Shown here one piece after another: positions 21,585 through 36,951 of a stretch of 64,000 bases of DNA (the stretch's first letter is position 1; each line of letters opens with the position of its first letter). The position numbers and the translations under genes are program-made. Source of the DNA: Thelocarpon superellum (Eukaryota); assembly GCA_026025795.1 (NCBI GenBank), contig JAPEUG010000019.1, forward strand, positions 1 to 64,000. Direction: 5' to 3'. The notes beneath the pieces are model-generated. The model was not told the DNA's origin. It saw only the letters and a list, made by a program, of their open reading frames with translations, and did not search any database.

Positions 21585-24012
21585 TCAGAATGCATCTTCA
21601 TCCGTCCAGCCCGCCTCGCTGCCGGACACCTTGACCCCCTGACCAGCCATGCCCATGCCTTCTCCTCCCGCCATGGGGCCGCGGAGACCTTTCCACTTCT
21701 TGTCTTGGCCTCCCAAGGGCGCGCCATGTCCCCCCTCAGGCGTGAAGCGTTTCCCGCGCGCCGCCCGCAGCTTGGCGTAGTAGGCGTCGCTGGCGTCTTG
21801 CTCGGCGTCGGAGGCATCGTCGTACGTCTCCCAATTCTCCGACCCGGATACAGTGTTGGCCGCCGTCGATGTCGTCGAAATCTGTCGCGTCTCGTGCGCC
21901 GGCGGGTATGGGTGGTGGAAGTGGCGAGGCTCTCCGTACGGCGTGGACGACGCGACCTCGTGCTCGTCATCGACGTCTTCGGGCGATACGTGTCGGACGC
22001 TGTCGCCCGACGACGCTGCGCTGACACTTCGTACTTCGTCGGCCTTAGAGCGACCGCTCGCCGCAGGGGCAATGGCGAGGTTCCTCATCCGCGGCGGGGG
22101 CGCCATCGACGGCGGCGCCATCTTACGCATCGTGTTCGCCCCGTTCCTCGCCTCTGGCGCCGCGCGACGTTCCGGCGAATTGTTGCCATGGCGCATCTGT
22201 CCCAACGGCACGCGCGCCGGAATCTTCGAGGGCGACCGACTCGGCGCGGTCGACGTCGAGCTGGCGAGCGGGTTTCCGCGGATGCTGCCCGTCGGCGTCT
22301 TCGTCATCATTCGTGACGGGGGCGGGCCGCGCATTGACCCGCCCAGGTTTGGATTGGACGCGGCGGCCTTGGTGTTCCTGGGCGGCAGGCCGGACGGCGT
22401 CTTGGACCGCGCCGGCGCCGCTCGTGCCGCCGCGGCGTCCAGCTCGTCCAGATATCGTGCGCCATGGACGGTAAAGGGCCGGCCGTATTCGTCTTCCCAC
22501 CGGTCCAGTACCTTGCGCAACTCGACCTCAATCTTGGGCAGCTCCTTGGCGATGCGTTTCCTCATCTTCTCTTCGCGGAGCAGCCGCGTGGGGTCACGCT
22601 TCTGGCCCGTCTGCCCACGTCCCATCAAGCGCGACGCATCCTGGCTCGAGGCGCTGAGGTCGTCGCGGTCCTTGACGAGCGATCGGTGGCGGTCGATGAG
22701 CTGCAACGTCGGCGCACGCTGCTCCTTGAGCGCCTCGAGCCGTGCAATCTCCGCCTCGTGGGCCGATAAGAGCGCGTCGCTGCACACATCTGCGCTCGCC
22801 GTCAGCCCTGCTCGCATCGCCGGCTGGCATGGGGGCACTCACCCGAAAAGGCCGGCGTGAACTCCAGCATCTCCTCCTCGGCGAAGTACAGGTCGTCCCA
22901 CAGAGCCTGGATGCGATACCTGGCATCCTCGACGAACAGATGCAGGTTCTGTCGCTTCATCTCGTTCAATCTCGCCAGCTCATCTTCGAACTCGTTGATG
23001 ACCCGCACGCCACACCCGCGGTTGCCGCTGAGGAACTGCTTGCGCTCGGGCTCCTCCACCCCCAGCCGGTCCCAGAGGCTCTCCACGGTCGCCTTGAGCT
23101 CCTTGAGCCGGCGCTCCCGCCCCCGTTTCTCCTCCACCAGCTTCTCGCGCTTGGCTCGCAGCCGGCCCAGGTCGTCCTCGTGCAAGCCCAGCTGCTCCGG
23201 CGCGTCGCGATAGTACTTGACGATGGCGCCCTCCGTCTGGGCCTGCGGCGTCCCCAGTTCGGCCCAGAGTTTGATGATCTCCTCCGACGTCGCTCGCACC
23301 GTCGCCACGCGGCGGGTGTACTCCTCGTACACGCGCGTGAACTCGTTGTCGAGCTTGGTGACGTACGACGGGGAGAGATCGAAGCTGGGAGGGACCGAGG
23401 CGTGCGACGAGGTCGGCGGAAGCGCAATCAGGACGAATCCCGACTCGAGGTGGGAGGAATAGGATTCGAGCGCTTGCACCAGCTCTAGTGATGGGTCAGC
23501 TCCGTCTCGTCCCGCGCGCCTCTCACCACCTACTTCGCACTTGCTCATATCTCTCCCTGTGGAGCTTGGTGATGGCCCCGTGCTTTTCCTTCAAGCGCGC
23601 CAAGCACTTGGTGAGCGGAACGGAGACCCGGAGGCTCTCGTCCTCCAGCTCGTATCCGCCCGCGGCCTTCTCTTCGTCCAACCACGCTTCCATGTGTTTG
23701 ATGTTTTTGATGATGCGATGGGCCTCTTCCGTCATCTCCGATTTCTCTCTGCCCCTCTGTCAGCGTCGGTCCTCTTCGTCCGGGTCGAGGATGGCCTACG
23801 CTGCGACCAGTCGAAGCTGATTGTGCAGGGTCTCGGAGAGGGCGGTGAAGAGCTGGGGCGCGTCAGCCGCGGTCGTGACGGATTGATGGCGGACCACCCA
23901 CCTCAGACTCTCGTGCATCTCTCTCATGGCTGGGCACGCCAATCTCATCGAACAGGCCATGCAGCTGACCGATGATGGTTGCCACCTGCGAGGTCAAGTA
24001 GCTGGTATCCAT
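21585..24012 (-). CDS. ASE1: Ase1/PRC1/MAP65 microtubule-bundling protein
   Basis: MDTSYLTSQVATIIGQLHGLFDEIGVP...ELARLNEMKRQNLHLFVEDAR...LEFTPAFS|DVCSDALLSAHEAEI...SRLMGRGQTGQKRDPTRLLREEKMRKRIAKELP, over 5 exons. Confidence 0.93.
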
Positions 24013-24684
24013 CGTGGACGGAGCCTCGACGGGCGGCCTTCACAGGGCGAGGCGCTTGGCCGTGGATGGTGTTGATGCCTGGCGCGCGAGATGACGGGCG
24101 GAAATGACTGTCGTAGTTGTGGTCTGGTGATTGATGGATCAGGATATGTTCGCAGCGTCGTGACAAACAAACACCCGTCGAGGCGCGATGCACCCAGCCG
24201 GTCACCGGGATCGCTACCCGCTCGACACGCGCTTCAGGTCGCGACTGAATGCTTGGAGATGACACCAGCGCACGGCATGATCTAGACGACTGGTAGAGCC
24301 CTTGGACATGAACGTGAACAAAGCGAGGGTGAGTCTGCGAATGGCCGTTGAAGAAGGGTCGTGCACGCGTTAGTGGCTCCGAGGGGTTAGAGTCCATCAT
24401 GTTTACCCTCGTGTGGATTGTGCCGAGCCGCTTGTTGTCATGGGCAACCCCACCGGGCGGCTTCGCTAAGTCCTGACCGGGCGTGATTGGGTCGCTCGCA
24501 TCGCCGCTGGTGGTGGTGGTGGGCGGCCCTGACCGCAGTAGTGTTCACACGGGGCTATCCATGAGTGTGCCGGGAGCTGTCCGGTTATGTCATCCGTCTC
24601 GCGAGGTCCACTTCGAATCTCATCCCACCAACGTTCCGCTCGGCCCCGCCAAAGCTCAACGGCCTCCTGCGGTGACCGAAAGCA

Positions 24685-25773
24685 ATGGCGACCGCCTTGA
24701 AAAGTTGGGGTAGGCACCCCTCCAGTCCGCTTGGATCCCCGCCTGCTTACCTCTCTCATCCCGCAGAGCTGGACAATGCGGTCGAGCTCGTCGACCCCAG
24801 TCGGGATGCTCTCTACGCCTACGATGGAGACGAGCAAAAGGCCATCCAAGATGCCAAACCCTGGCGGCGCGACCCTCATCACTTTAAAAATGTCCGCATC
24901 TCCGCCGTGGCCCTCCTCAAGATGGTGATGCACACGCGTGCTGGCGGCGCCCTGGAGGTCATGGGCCTGATGCAGGGCAAGATCGCCGGCGACACCTTCA
25001 TCGTCACCGACGCCTTCCGCCTCCCCGTCGAGGGCACGGAGACGCGCGTCAACGCCCAGGAGGAGGCCAACGAGTACATGCCCGCCTACCTCCAATCCTC
25101 CCGCGAGGCCGGGCAGATGGAGAACGCCGTGGGATGGTACCACAGCCACCCGGGCTACGGGTGCTGGCTGAGCGGCATCGATGTGAGCACGCAGATGACG
25201 CAGCAGACCTTCCAGGACCCCTTTCTGGCCATCGTCATCGACCCGGACCGCACCATTTCCGCCGGCAAGGTGGAGATCGGCGCCTTCCGCACCTACCCGG
25301 AAAACTACAAGGCCCCCGACCGGGCCACGGATGAGTACCAGACCATCCCACTGGCCAAGATTGAGGATTTTGGCGCCCACAGCGACCGGTACTATCCGCT
25401 GGAGATCTCGCATTTCAAGAGCTCGCTGGACACACACCTGCTCGAGATGCTATGGAACAAGTACTGGGTGGCGACGTTGAGCCAGAGCCCACTGTTCGCC
25501 AACCGGGACTATAGCACGAAGCAGATGCTGGATCTGAGCCAGAAGATGCACAAGGCCGAGCAGAGCGTGCTGGCGGGCTCCAAGATGATGGGGATCGGCC
25601 CGATGTATACGCGCAGCCCCGTCAGCAGCTCCAACAAGGAGAGCCAGCTGGACAAGGTCGTGCGGGACGGTAATAAAATCGCGGGTGAGGAGATTGCGGG
25701 CTTGCTGGCGGGCGTGGTCAAGGAACGGCTGTTCAACGGGGTCGGGTCGGCGGCTCGCTCCGGTCCGGCATGA
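24685..25773 (+). CDS. RRI1: COP9 signalosome subunit 5 (JAMM deneddylase)
   Basis: [44 protein letters not shown] and the JAMM motif [17 protein letters not shown]. Intron at 24710-24766. Confidence 0.97.
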   Translation: MATALKSWGRHPSSPLGSPPAYLSHPAELDNAVELVDPSRDALYAYDGDEQKAIQDAKPWRRDPHHFKNVRISAVALLKMVMHTRAGGALEVMGLMQGKIAGDTFIVTDAFRLPVEGTETRVNAQEEANEYMPAYLQSSREAGQMENAVGWYHSHPGYGCWLSGIDVSTQMTQQTFQDPFLAIVIDPDRTISAGKVEIGAFRTYPENYKAPDRATDEYQTIPLAKIEDFGAHSDRYYPLEISHFKSSLDTHLLEMLWNKYWVATLSQSPLFANRDYSTKQMLDLSQKMHKAEQSVLAGSKMMGIGPMYTRSPVSSSNKESQLDKVVRDGNKIAGEEIAGLLAGVVKERLFNGVGSAARSGPA

Positions 25774-25775
25774 CC

Positions 25776-25824
25776 TCTCTCTTCTCTCTCTTCTCTCTTC
25801 TCTCTTCTCTCTTCTCTCTTCTCT
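25776..25824. repeat. (CTCTTCT)n microsatellite
   Basis: Pyrimidine heptamer repeat just after the CSN5 stop. Confidence 0.85.
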
Positions 25825-25969
25825 ACCGTCACGCACGAAAGCATCACGCATGGGCCACGGCGTTGGCACGGGCAAGGGCATATGAGGGTGCGTCCAGGGC
25901 AATGCTCCTCCAGGCTGATCTACAAGATAGCATCACCTCCCGACCGTACAGCTCCACGTAGCTGCCTGC

Positions 25970-28444
<2,475 letters not shown>

Positions 28445-28580
28445 CTACATTTTCCGCTTGCCCCGTCGTTCACCCTCTTCCTTCTGGCACTCATGCTCCG
28501 CCATCCGCACTGACGCGTCCGCTACCATTCCGACCCGTCCTGATCCCTCATCTTCATCCCCCCTCTACGACTCCGCCACC

Positions 28581-30187
28581 AGTCAGTGGTCTCCTCCCCG
28601 CGTGTGATGTGCATCAGGCTGACGCGGCACCTGCAACAGTGAATGGACACGACGAGATCGAAGAGGTCGACCTCTATAGTCCGTCACTTACTGTCTCCTC
28701 CCTACCTTTGGCAAGCCATAGTAACCTGTGGTAGAGGTCCTTGGTCTGCAGAAAGGCGCTGTCAAGGCGGAAATTAAGAAGGCCTACCACAAGGTGCGCT
28801 CTCCTGTCTTCGTACGCACGCCGTGATGCCTTGCTCACGTCCTCTCCCAGGCCGCGCTCTCGAGCCACCCGGATAAAGTAGCCGCCGACGAGCGTGCCGA
28901 GGCCGAGGTCAAGTTCAAGGCTGTGAGCCAGGCCTACGAGATCCTGTACGATGACGAGAAACGAAATCTCTACGACACCCATGGCATGGCCGCCTTTGAT
29001 CCGCGGAGCGGCGGCGGCGAGGTCGACCTCGATGATATCCTGCAACAGATGTTTGGTATGGGTGGTGGTGCCGGTCGGCCGCCCGGCTTTGGCGGTCCGC
29101 CCGGTCCACGACGACCGCGGCGGGGCCCCGACGATGAACAAGACTACGAAGTGACCCTTGAGGAACTCTACAGGGGCAAGACGGCCAAGTTTACCAGCAT
29201 CAAGAATGTCATCTGCAGTCATTGCAAAGGCACGGGCGGCAAGGACAAGGCCAAACCGAAGCCGTGTTCGGTGTGCCAAGGACGAGGTAAATCTGAGGAT
29301 CGCCTACAGTGGGGCCGCATGACTGACGAGTTCCAGGTGTTACCATCGGCCTCCGCTCCGTGGGACCCGGCCTGGTCACGCAGGCGACCATGCCCTGCAA
29401 CAGCTGCAAGGGCGCGAGTCACGTTTTCAAGGACAAGGATCAGTGCAAGCGTTGCAAGGGGGAGCGCATCACGGTGGAGAAGAAGGCCTTGGAGCTCTAT
29501 GTGCCTCCGGGTGCCAAGTGCGTCTCAGATCTCAGATCTCTCCCAATGGGCGCGCGGTCACTGATCGATCTTAGGCACGGCGACCGGATCGTGCTCGAGG
29601 GTGAAGCGGACCAGGTGCCCGACCAGCAGCCGGGTGATCTCGTCTTCATCCTTAAGCAACACGAGCACCCCGTCTTCACGCGCGCCGGCGCCGACCTCCA
29701 AGCCACGCTGGACATTACCCTCGCCGAGTCTCTGGCGGGCTTCTCGCGCGTGGTGCTCAAGCACCTCGACGGTCGCGGCATCCATCTCGATCACCCCGCC
29801 GGCCACGTCTTGCGGCCCGATCAGATCTTGAAGGTGGCGGGCGAGGGCATGCGACATAAACGCAGCGACGCCAGGGGAGATCTCTACCTCGTCGTCAAGA
29901 TTGCCTTTCCCGCCGACGGATGGCTCACTGACGAGACGTCGCTCGACACTCTCCGGGGTCTCTTGCCCCCTCCCGCCCCTCTCATCGAGGCCGACGCGGT
30001 GGACGAGGTCGAGTTTGACCCCCAGGCCAACCCAGAAGACGTGTGTCTCCCCCGCCATCTGCCGCTCTCTCCGTACGCTGATCCAGGGTAGTTTGGCACT
30101 GACCCCAGCCATCCCCGCGGCTCGGCGTGGGTCGATGAGGATGACGATGATGCGGGACACGGAACCGCACAATGCGCCCAACAATAG
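28581..30187 (+). CDS. Type I DnaJ/Hsp40 co-chaperone (Xdj1/Ydj1-like) with CaaX box
   Basis: J-domain (VDLY|KVLG...IKKAYHK|AALSSHPDK), G/F region, four CxxCxGx(G/S/R) Zn repeats, C-terminal CAQQ*. The start codon appears split by an intron at 28582-28639. Confidence 0.93.
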
Positions 30188-30711
30188 ATGGCCCCTAGAA
30201 CCCCCGTTGGACGCTCGTATGGCACCACAACGCAGACCCTCTACGACTTCATGATTTGGTTGCATGATCAGGGGGATGACCTTTGCCTTCTCTGATCGAG
30301 ATGGTTGGCGCATGACCGGAGGCAGACATCATCATGAAATTGTATATAGATAGCGGACTGCATTTCGTATCTCAACATCTTTTCACGTATGTCCGCTTGG
30401 CACCCATCTCTCCATGGCTGTTGGGTCGTGGTTCCATGGATGGGGCCGATTCGCAGAACCAACTCTCGGGTGGTGGTGGTCGCCACTCGTTCACGGGCTG
30501 TACCCTAACTTCGCTTAAATTACTTTTCGGTATGCCCAGTGGTGCGCGGCCAATTTCGAGGAGGACCTGACCAACGACGAACATCGACCACCGACCATCG
30601 ACCATCGACTCCGCCCATTTCTCCTCCTTTCACGGAACGGTCGCCGCCCGCTACGATCATCTCTGAAACTTGTGAGACGAACGTCGGCGCTGCGCGTGCC
30701 CGCCCGCCACG

Positions 30712-31362
30712 ATGGTGGCCGCCCGGAAGCATGTCCCGATCGTCAAGAAGCGTAGGTTACTCCGTCCGCCCTGCCCGAACCCCACCGCCGTGGCCCTGGC
30801 TCTCATCGTGTGTTGGAGGACTGACCATCCTGGCTCCAGGGACGAACCGCTTCAACCGACATCAAAGTGATCGCTTTATGTGCGTGGATCCGGCGTGGCG
30901 CAAGCCCAAGGGTATCGACAATCGTGTTCGGAGACGGTTCAAGGGACAGGCGGCCATGCCCAAGGTACGCACGTGCCTCTGACCTCGACTCCCCTTGTGC
31001 CTGGATGGCGATTGACCCGCGGCCTCTCGCTGGCTCGACTTCACGTCTCGTGACAGGCACGCTAACGGATTGATCCTCTTAGATTGGTTACGGCTCAAAC
31101 AAGAAGACCCGGCACTTGATGCCCTCGGGCCACAAAGCCTTTCTCGTCCACAACATCCAAGACGTCGATCTCCTCCTCATGCACAACAAGACCTTTGCAG
31201 CTGAGTGGGTCTGCCCTCCGCAATCCTTCTCTCATGGCTAACCTGTCTGGTAGAATCGCCCACGCGGTCTCATCACGAAAGCGGGTCGAAATCATCGCCA
31301 AGGCCAAACAACTGGGGGTCAAGGTGACAAATGCCAAGGCACGGGTGACGACGGAGGTGTAA
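30712..31362 (+). CDS. RPL32: 60S ribosomal protein eL32
   Basis: [77 protein letters not shown]...[14 protein letters not shown]...[14 protein letters not shown]. Confidence 0.97.
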
Positions 31363-31565
31363 GGCGGGGGTCTTTTCTGTGTCAGATGAGAGGAAATGCA
31401 TTTGCTTCGAGGGACTGGGACGGTTTCTCGTGCCCTAGCTTCTCAATCAAGAAATATCATGCTCATGAGTGAACCACGTTGATCCTCAACCCCTCGACCC
31501 CTCGACCCCTCCATGACCACGTCTGCACACCGTATTCACGCCTCCATCACACGGCCGAAGCACGG

Positions 31566-32400
31566 CTACAAGCTCAAGGAGGGCTTCGCGAGCAACTTGG
31601 CCAACCCCACTCTCAAGTCCACCTCCATGCCCTGCGCCGCTGGTCGATTCGAATTTCTATTCACGAACACATGCACAAACTCCCCCACGGCCTTGACGGG
31701 CTGCACGGCCTGCTCAGACACACCATTGCCACTCTCAACCTCGTTCTTTTCCATCACGCCCACGCTGGAAGGGTGCTTCTCAAACACACCAATCTCATAC
31801 ATCACGCTGGACGTACCCAACTTCCTCACGCGCAGGCCCAGCTCCAACACCGCTGGAAAGCCCACCGGCGCGAAATAAGTCGATGAGGAGTGCACCACCA
31901 GCCCGATCTGTGCCGACGTGGCGGGCTGTAGGCCGCAGTGCTGGAGTAGGTAGCTGTTCACGATCGAATCGTACCTGCGTCGATGGTCGGGTTGCGTTAG
32001 TGGAGGCGTGAGAGCGTGGAGCTGTGTGCTTTACTCTAGGCTTGGTTCGAGGGAGACTGGCAATAGACGGTGGTGCTGACGATGGTGGCGGCGATGGACG
32101 GAGAGGTGACAGGAATACCAATGGGAGTAGAACCACCACCTACAGGAAATAATACACGCTGTTGTTCATATGATGATACATGTCGTTGTCGGACCTGCAT
32201 GTAATCGTCAATGTCATGTCCATATGAACGTATTTATCCTGCGTAGTAGTCCTGCCCTCCAACGAGGCTTCATCCATAGGCAAGCAAGTACTGCTTCAAC
32301 TCGTATAAGAGACAAGCCCCACGTACCATCGTGTCCGGTACTCGAGATGGAAGCCATAGTCCTCGCGGCGTCGTTTCTTCAATTCCTCCATGGCCACCAT
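31566..32400 (-). CDS. Hotdog-fold acyl-CoA thioesterase (4HBT-like), 3 exons
   Basis: MVAMEELKKRRREDYGFHLEYRTRW|SDNDMYHHMNNSVYYFL|YDSIVNSYL...GLVVHSSSTYFAPVGFP...LGTSSVMYEIGVF...VGEFVHVFV. Confidence 0.88.
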
Positions 32401-32707
32401 GTAGGTAGCGGATCTAGACCATGTATATCGCACCACAAAGAGAACGGAAGTGACAATGTCAATGATATGTACGGTGGTACAGGTTGGATCCGCAATCCAA
32501 GGGATATACTCCTATGCCGAGGTCCCACATCAGTTAGGCTCATCGCTAAGTAATAGATGCATCCCGCTGCGCGCTGTCATCACCGCCACCATTCGACGAG
32601 GACGATGCGCCGCGTAGACCCGACTAACTGTTGCCCAACAACTGATGATCCAAAAAAAAAAAGTACCAAACTGCTAGAATATCGGTGGAGACATCCCAAA
32701 AAAATGT

Positions 32708-32807
32708 TGACAGCGGTGGGACTCGAACCCACGCAGGTTTCCCTACCAGGACATCCGTGCTAAGGTTTTACCTTAACCTGGCGCCATAACCGCTCGGCCA
32801 CGCTGTC
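32708..32807 (-). tRNA. tRNA-Leu(AAG) with a ~19-nt anticodon-loop intron
   Basis: GACAGCG acceptor stem pairs with CGCTGTC-A. D-arm TGGCCGAGCGGTTATGGC; anticodon stem CCAGG/CCTGG with loop TT-AAG-G[intron]T; long variable arm; T-arm GTGGGTTCGAGTCCCAC; T7 Pol III terminator downstream. Confidence 0.93.
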
Positions 32808-33053
32808 ATCGTTGTTACAATGCTGTCTTAATACAAGATAATAACCTCTTGTCCCCGCAAGCTAGCATGATGCGTCAAAGTGACGGAAGTCTACACGCTT
32901 TCTCAATTTACCATTTGCTTGTATCCTCAGGAAAACTGATGGTGGAGACTCCTAATCCCATGACTATGTCCAAATGGCCTCGACAAGTCAAAACTCTCCA
33001 AATCTTGCTGTCGCTCGCCGGGGCCATGATCTATCCTTATCTGTGGCTCGGTA

Positions 33054-34375
33054 CTAGATAGACTTGGAGATGTCCATTGGGAGCCCATTCTTCTCACCAC
33101 TTTGCAACATCAGCTCAAGCTGGAGGTTTCCGTCGCATTAGCTAAGAATTACGCCGCCGAGTCTGCGGGAAAGAGAAAGACTCACAATCTCTAGATCGCG
33201 TAGGGCCTCGAGCGGGGTCTGTGCTCCGTCCAACCTTCTGCAGTGCAATCCCTCGGCCCATGCTTTCACCTCCTGCTTGACGCCCATACCCTGGTTGGGA
33301 AATGCTTTGCGCGACTCGGCCTGGTTTTCGCCCTCTCCACGGCGCACGGTGACTTCCGTCGGGCCAACCGTCACGCTGCCGCCTTCACACGCGATCGAGT
33401 ATTCCCAGCCTGGCAGCGTGGTGCCGAAGGAGACGCTGAAGGTACCAGTTCCTCCCGTGGCTAGTTTCAGGGTTGCATCCAAGGTGTCGACCGGGGGTAG
33501 ATGTGGCTGGAGTTGCGTTGTCTGGGCCGAGATGCGGGTAATGGCGTTGGAGGGACCAAGCAAGTACCGTGTGGCGGCCACAAAGTGCACCCCGCCGTCG
33601 AGAAGAAATCCGCCTTGATATCCGGGCTGTTTGCGCCACGACGTTTCTACCATTGTCAGTGATACGAAGTGGGTTTCGAACGCTCTCGCGTACCGATGTA
33701 CTTCCCACCCAGCTTTACATTCTCGAACACCGTGACATGCACCCCGAGAACTTTGCCAAGGGTCTGGACTTGTTCACGACCATACACGATGCCATCTAGG
33801 TATCGGTAGTTCTCGGCCACGGCCCAGGTCACGGACTTGGTATCGATAGCATTGTGATACCATGACAACAACTCCTCCGCGAGGCGTTGATCGGCGGCGA
33901 TGGGCTTCTCGGAGAGCACATGCTTTCCAGCCTGAAGCGCAGCTCGAATGTAGTCCGGCTGGACCAAAATGGGGAGGCTGGATGGTCAATTGCAACTCGT
34001 AGAGGACATGAAGCGGCGAGCACGCACGCGATGATGACGGCTTGGATGTCGGCACGCGCGAGGAGCGCCGGGAAGGTCTGCTTGGCTTCCTGATCATCCG
34101 CGTAGAGATCCACGCCACCTGGCAGGTCGGTCACTAAGGCCTTGGCTGAGGCAATAAACCGCGAATACGCCGCTCGGAGGACAAGATGAGGCGCCGCGCG
34201 GACGGCGGGCTACTGCTGTTCAGCGGATGCATGGGGGAGTGTGGCATGGCATCGTCTTCAGCGCACAAGATGCTCCTCCTTGGCAAAGATGCCTACCATG
34301 CACCTGTGAGTACAAGCACCATCTCTGGGCCTGTGATGGATTACCGCTTCCGATGATTGCTACGCCAATCTGCAT
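33054..34375 (-). CDS. Gfo/Idh/MocA NAD(P)-binding oxidoreductase (YMR315W-like)
   Basis: MQIGVAIIGSG|IFAKEEHL|PAV...DIQAVIIA|LPILVQPDYIRAALQAGKHVLSEKPIA...WAVAENYR...WRKQPGYQGGFLLDGGVHF. Confidence 0.9.
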
Positions 34376-36951
34376 CTTGGTCGACTCTGCTGAATTCATG
34401 GGCAATGCGAGACTGCCAGGTTTAACAGGAATTCAATCAATGGATCAGATCGGTCAACATCAGGCGAGCGTACATGATCCGAGTCGATCACGTCAACAGA
34501 GTGGGGAAAATCAAGTCCCCACTTTCGCGATGATGTCAGGGCGTGTGGATGCTCCTTGCCCAGCCCATGCGGGCGGACGCAACAACGGACTAAGCACTGC
34601 CAGGACTAGCGACGAATCGCCTAGTTGACGGCCTTATGAAGGGATCCACTTCACAGACCACCGATTCTCACAGGTTACATTGCGGAACTGCCATGTTTTG
34701 GTCGGACTGATACCGGGGACCGGGGACTGACGCAACCAAATTCTGGACAATGTCCTGCGAGACCCGATGATCTGCCTGGGCGACGTGCAGCGCGTGCCCG
34801 GTCCCAGTGTCATGCCAAGCCTGCCGTGAGCCAATGAATCGCCACCTCCGCGAGACCCTGAGGTCACGTGGAGGACCAAGCTTACAACCGAGCTCGACAG
34901 AAGGTCGAGGAGCTGCTGGAGGAGCCCGTTTCTGCCGCACCAATGGCCGCATGCCTCTGTTCGGAGAGAAAAGGCGACCAGTGCGGCATGCGCCGGAAAG
35001 TAAATTTGGGGAGATTGAACGAAGAACATCTCTTCGACCGAGGTCGTACCATAGAATCGAAGGAGCCTCCTGCCTCCATCGCGGTAATGAAGGAGTCCTC
35101 CAGTCCTTCAACTCTCCGTCAGGTCGTAGGAGGAGCCAGCCAGATGCATGTCGCCTGATCCGCTGAAAATATCACACTCTTGGTCATGGTCAACGTGTGA
35201 TCGGAGTGGACCATCGGGTTCCGCCGCTGTGCCGAACGCTACTCTTCGGGTAGGGCTGACGGCATCACGAGACCAATAGGATCCCGGCAGGCCAGTGATG
35301 ACACATCTGGCTGGCTCGATCGACCCCGGGTTTGACAAGCTTGTCTTATCACCGTTCGGGGGAGGAGGCGTGCGCTACGAAGGATGTGCCCTCGCGCGCA
35401 CCAGGGGGTGCGGCGTGGCAAGCGGGGAGATGAAACGGCGTAATCGACAGGGAGCAGGGAAGGTCTGAGCGGCAAGGTCTGTCCGATCAACTGACCCGGG
35501 CAAGCTTACGCGCCTCCTGCGCACCTGCGAGCCCCCAGTTGGGCCCAGTCGGGCCCAGTCGGGACGAGCAGCATGGATGAGGGCGCATGACGAGTCAGCG
35601 TTCGTCCCCGGGACGCGCACTCTGACGCTGCGCGCTGCCCTCCAGCACTTCCACCTGGGTCTCGTGCCCATCGCCGCGATAGAGGCGGTCTCGCGCGCCA
35701 AATAGACAGACTACGCCATTATTCTACGCTGTTCCAGTTGAGCGTGAAATCGTCGGTCGTCGAGGGTTGTATGGTGGGGCTGGCGGTTTCATGGCCGCTG
35801 GGATGCACGCGTCGATTCGCGTGTTGGTGTCCATCGACGGAACCCTCCGCCATCCCACCCCCCGCGAAGTCGACCGAATCCTCCTCCTGCCCCCCCAAAG
35901 TCACTCGTTCTCTCGGTGCTCGGCAACGACCGGGCGCGATCTAGATCAATTTCCTATTGGCGAGGGGCGCAGTAGCCGCACGCGAGGGATGGAGGAAAAG
36001 GCGCACGGCCGTTGATGGGCCAGTTGCGTCGCTGCTGTTGTCTCGCGGCACCGGCCGGCAAAGTGTGTGAGTCGCCTTGTTCGGGCAGTCGCAAATGGGC
36101 CGGCAGGGCGAGCGTTTCGCCAAGACAAAAGGCGCACGTGGGTGCACGTGCACTGGAAGCTCGACGGAGTACGTACCCACGGCTGACGCGAGCCTGGCGC
36201 GGATCTGGCCGGCGAGATGAATGCACTTCTTCCTTCCCCACATTGCCCCACCCCTCCCGGGGTCCACGGGGACCCTACGGCGCGCATGGGGAGGGGCATT
36301 GCTCGCTATTCTTCATCTCTCCTTGGCGCGGCTCGCTATATGCGCCTTTGATGATTGGGTCTCTGCCTGACCGTCGGTCGTCGCCCGCCCATCGGGTCCA
36401 ACGCACGTCCGGGGCAGGTGGACCCGCGGAGTCGACCCCGGAGCACTGAAGGCCCCCAGTCGTCGTGGCGGTTCCCCTTGCTTTGGCAGAAGCCCGCGCA
36501 CCAGTCCGGATGGCGGGATCCGTTCCAATTGGGTGCGCACCGCCCGTCCACCCCGGGGCAAATGCAACGTTGCCATGCTGCGAGAGGATGCGCACTGCGA
36601 TCCATCGTCGTGCGCGTCGCTCCCGCCAGGGCCAGCACGATATACCCTCGCCCGTTCCCATGCCCGCCGCGGTCAACTCTCGGCCACGACCATCGCCACC
36701 ACTCTCACCACTGTACTGTCGCCGCCCCGCTGCGTGCTCCTCACTCCTTTGCATCATCATCTTCGTCCGCCATCGCGACCGTCACCTCCGTCACCACGTC
36801 ACCACGTCACCACCATCACCACGTTACCACCGTCACCACGACGACAACGAACACCTCTGCCCCATCCTCATTCCCTCTCTTCCCCCCGGCCCTGCACGCT
36901 TGACGCAAGACTCTCGGCTTCCTCCGCTCCATTCATGTCCGTGGACGCGCC

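Noticed and set aside
30965..31082. Stem (cgtgcct/aggcacg) in RPL32 intron 2 as a snoRNA or kink-turn autoregulatory element
   Set aside because: No proper box C (RTGATGA) and the GA/AG geometry is non-standard; a 7-bp stem is not enough evidence.
31566..31580. Peroxisomal PTS1 or readthrough-derived PTS1 on the thioesterase
   Set aside because: The protein ends in LSL, and readthrough of the TAG gives ...VMEA*, not a PTS1.
36779..36842. CACCACGT-like repeats upstream of the 487-aa gene as a His/Thr-rich peptide gene
   Set aside because: Low-complexity leader sequence with no credible start or coding signal.
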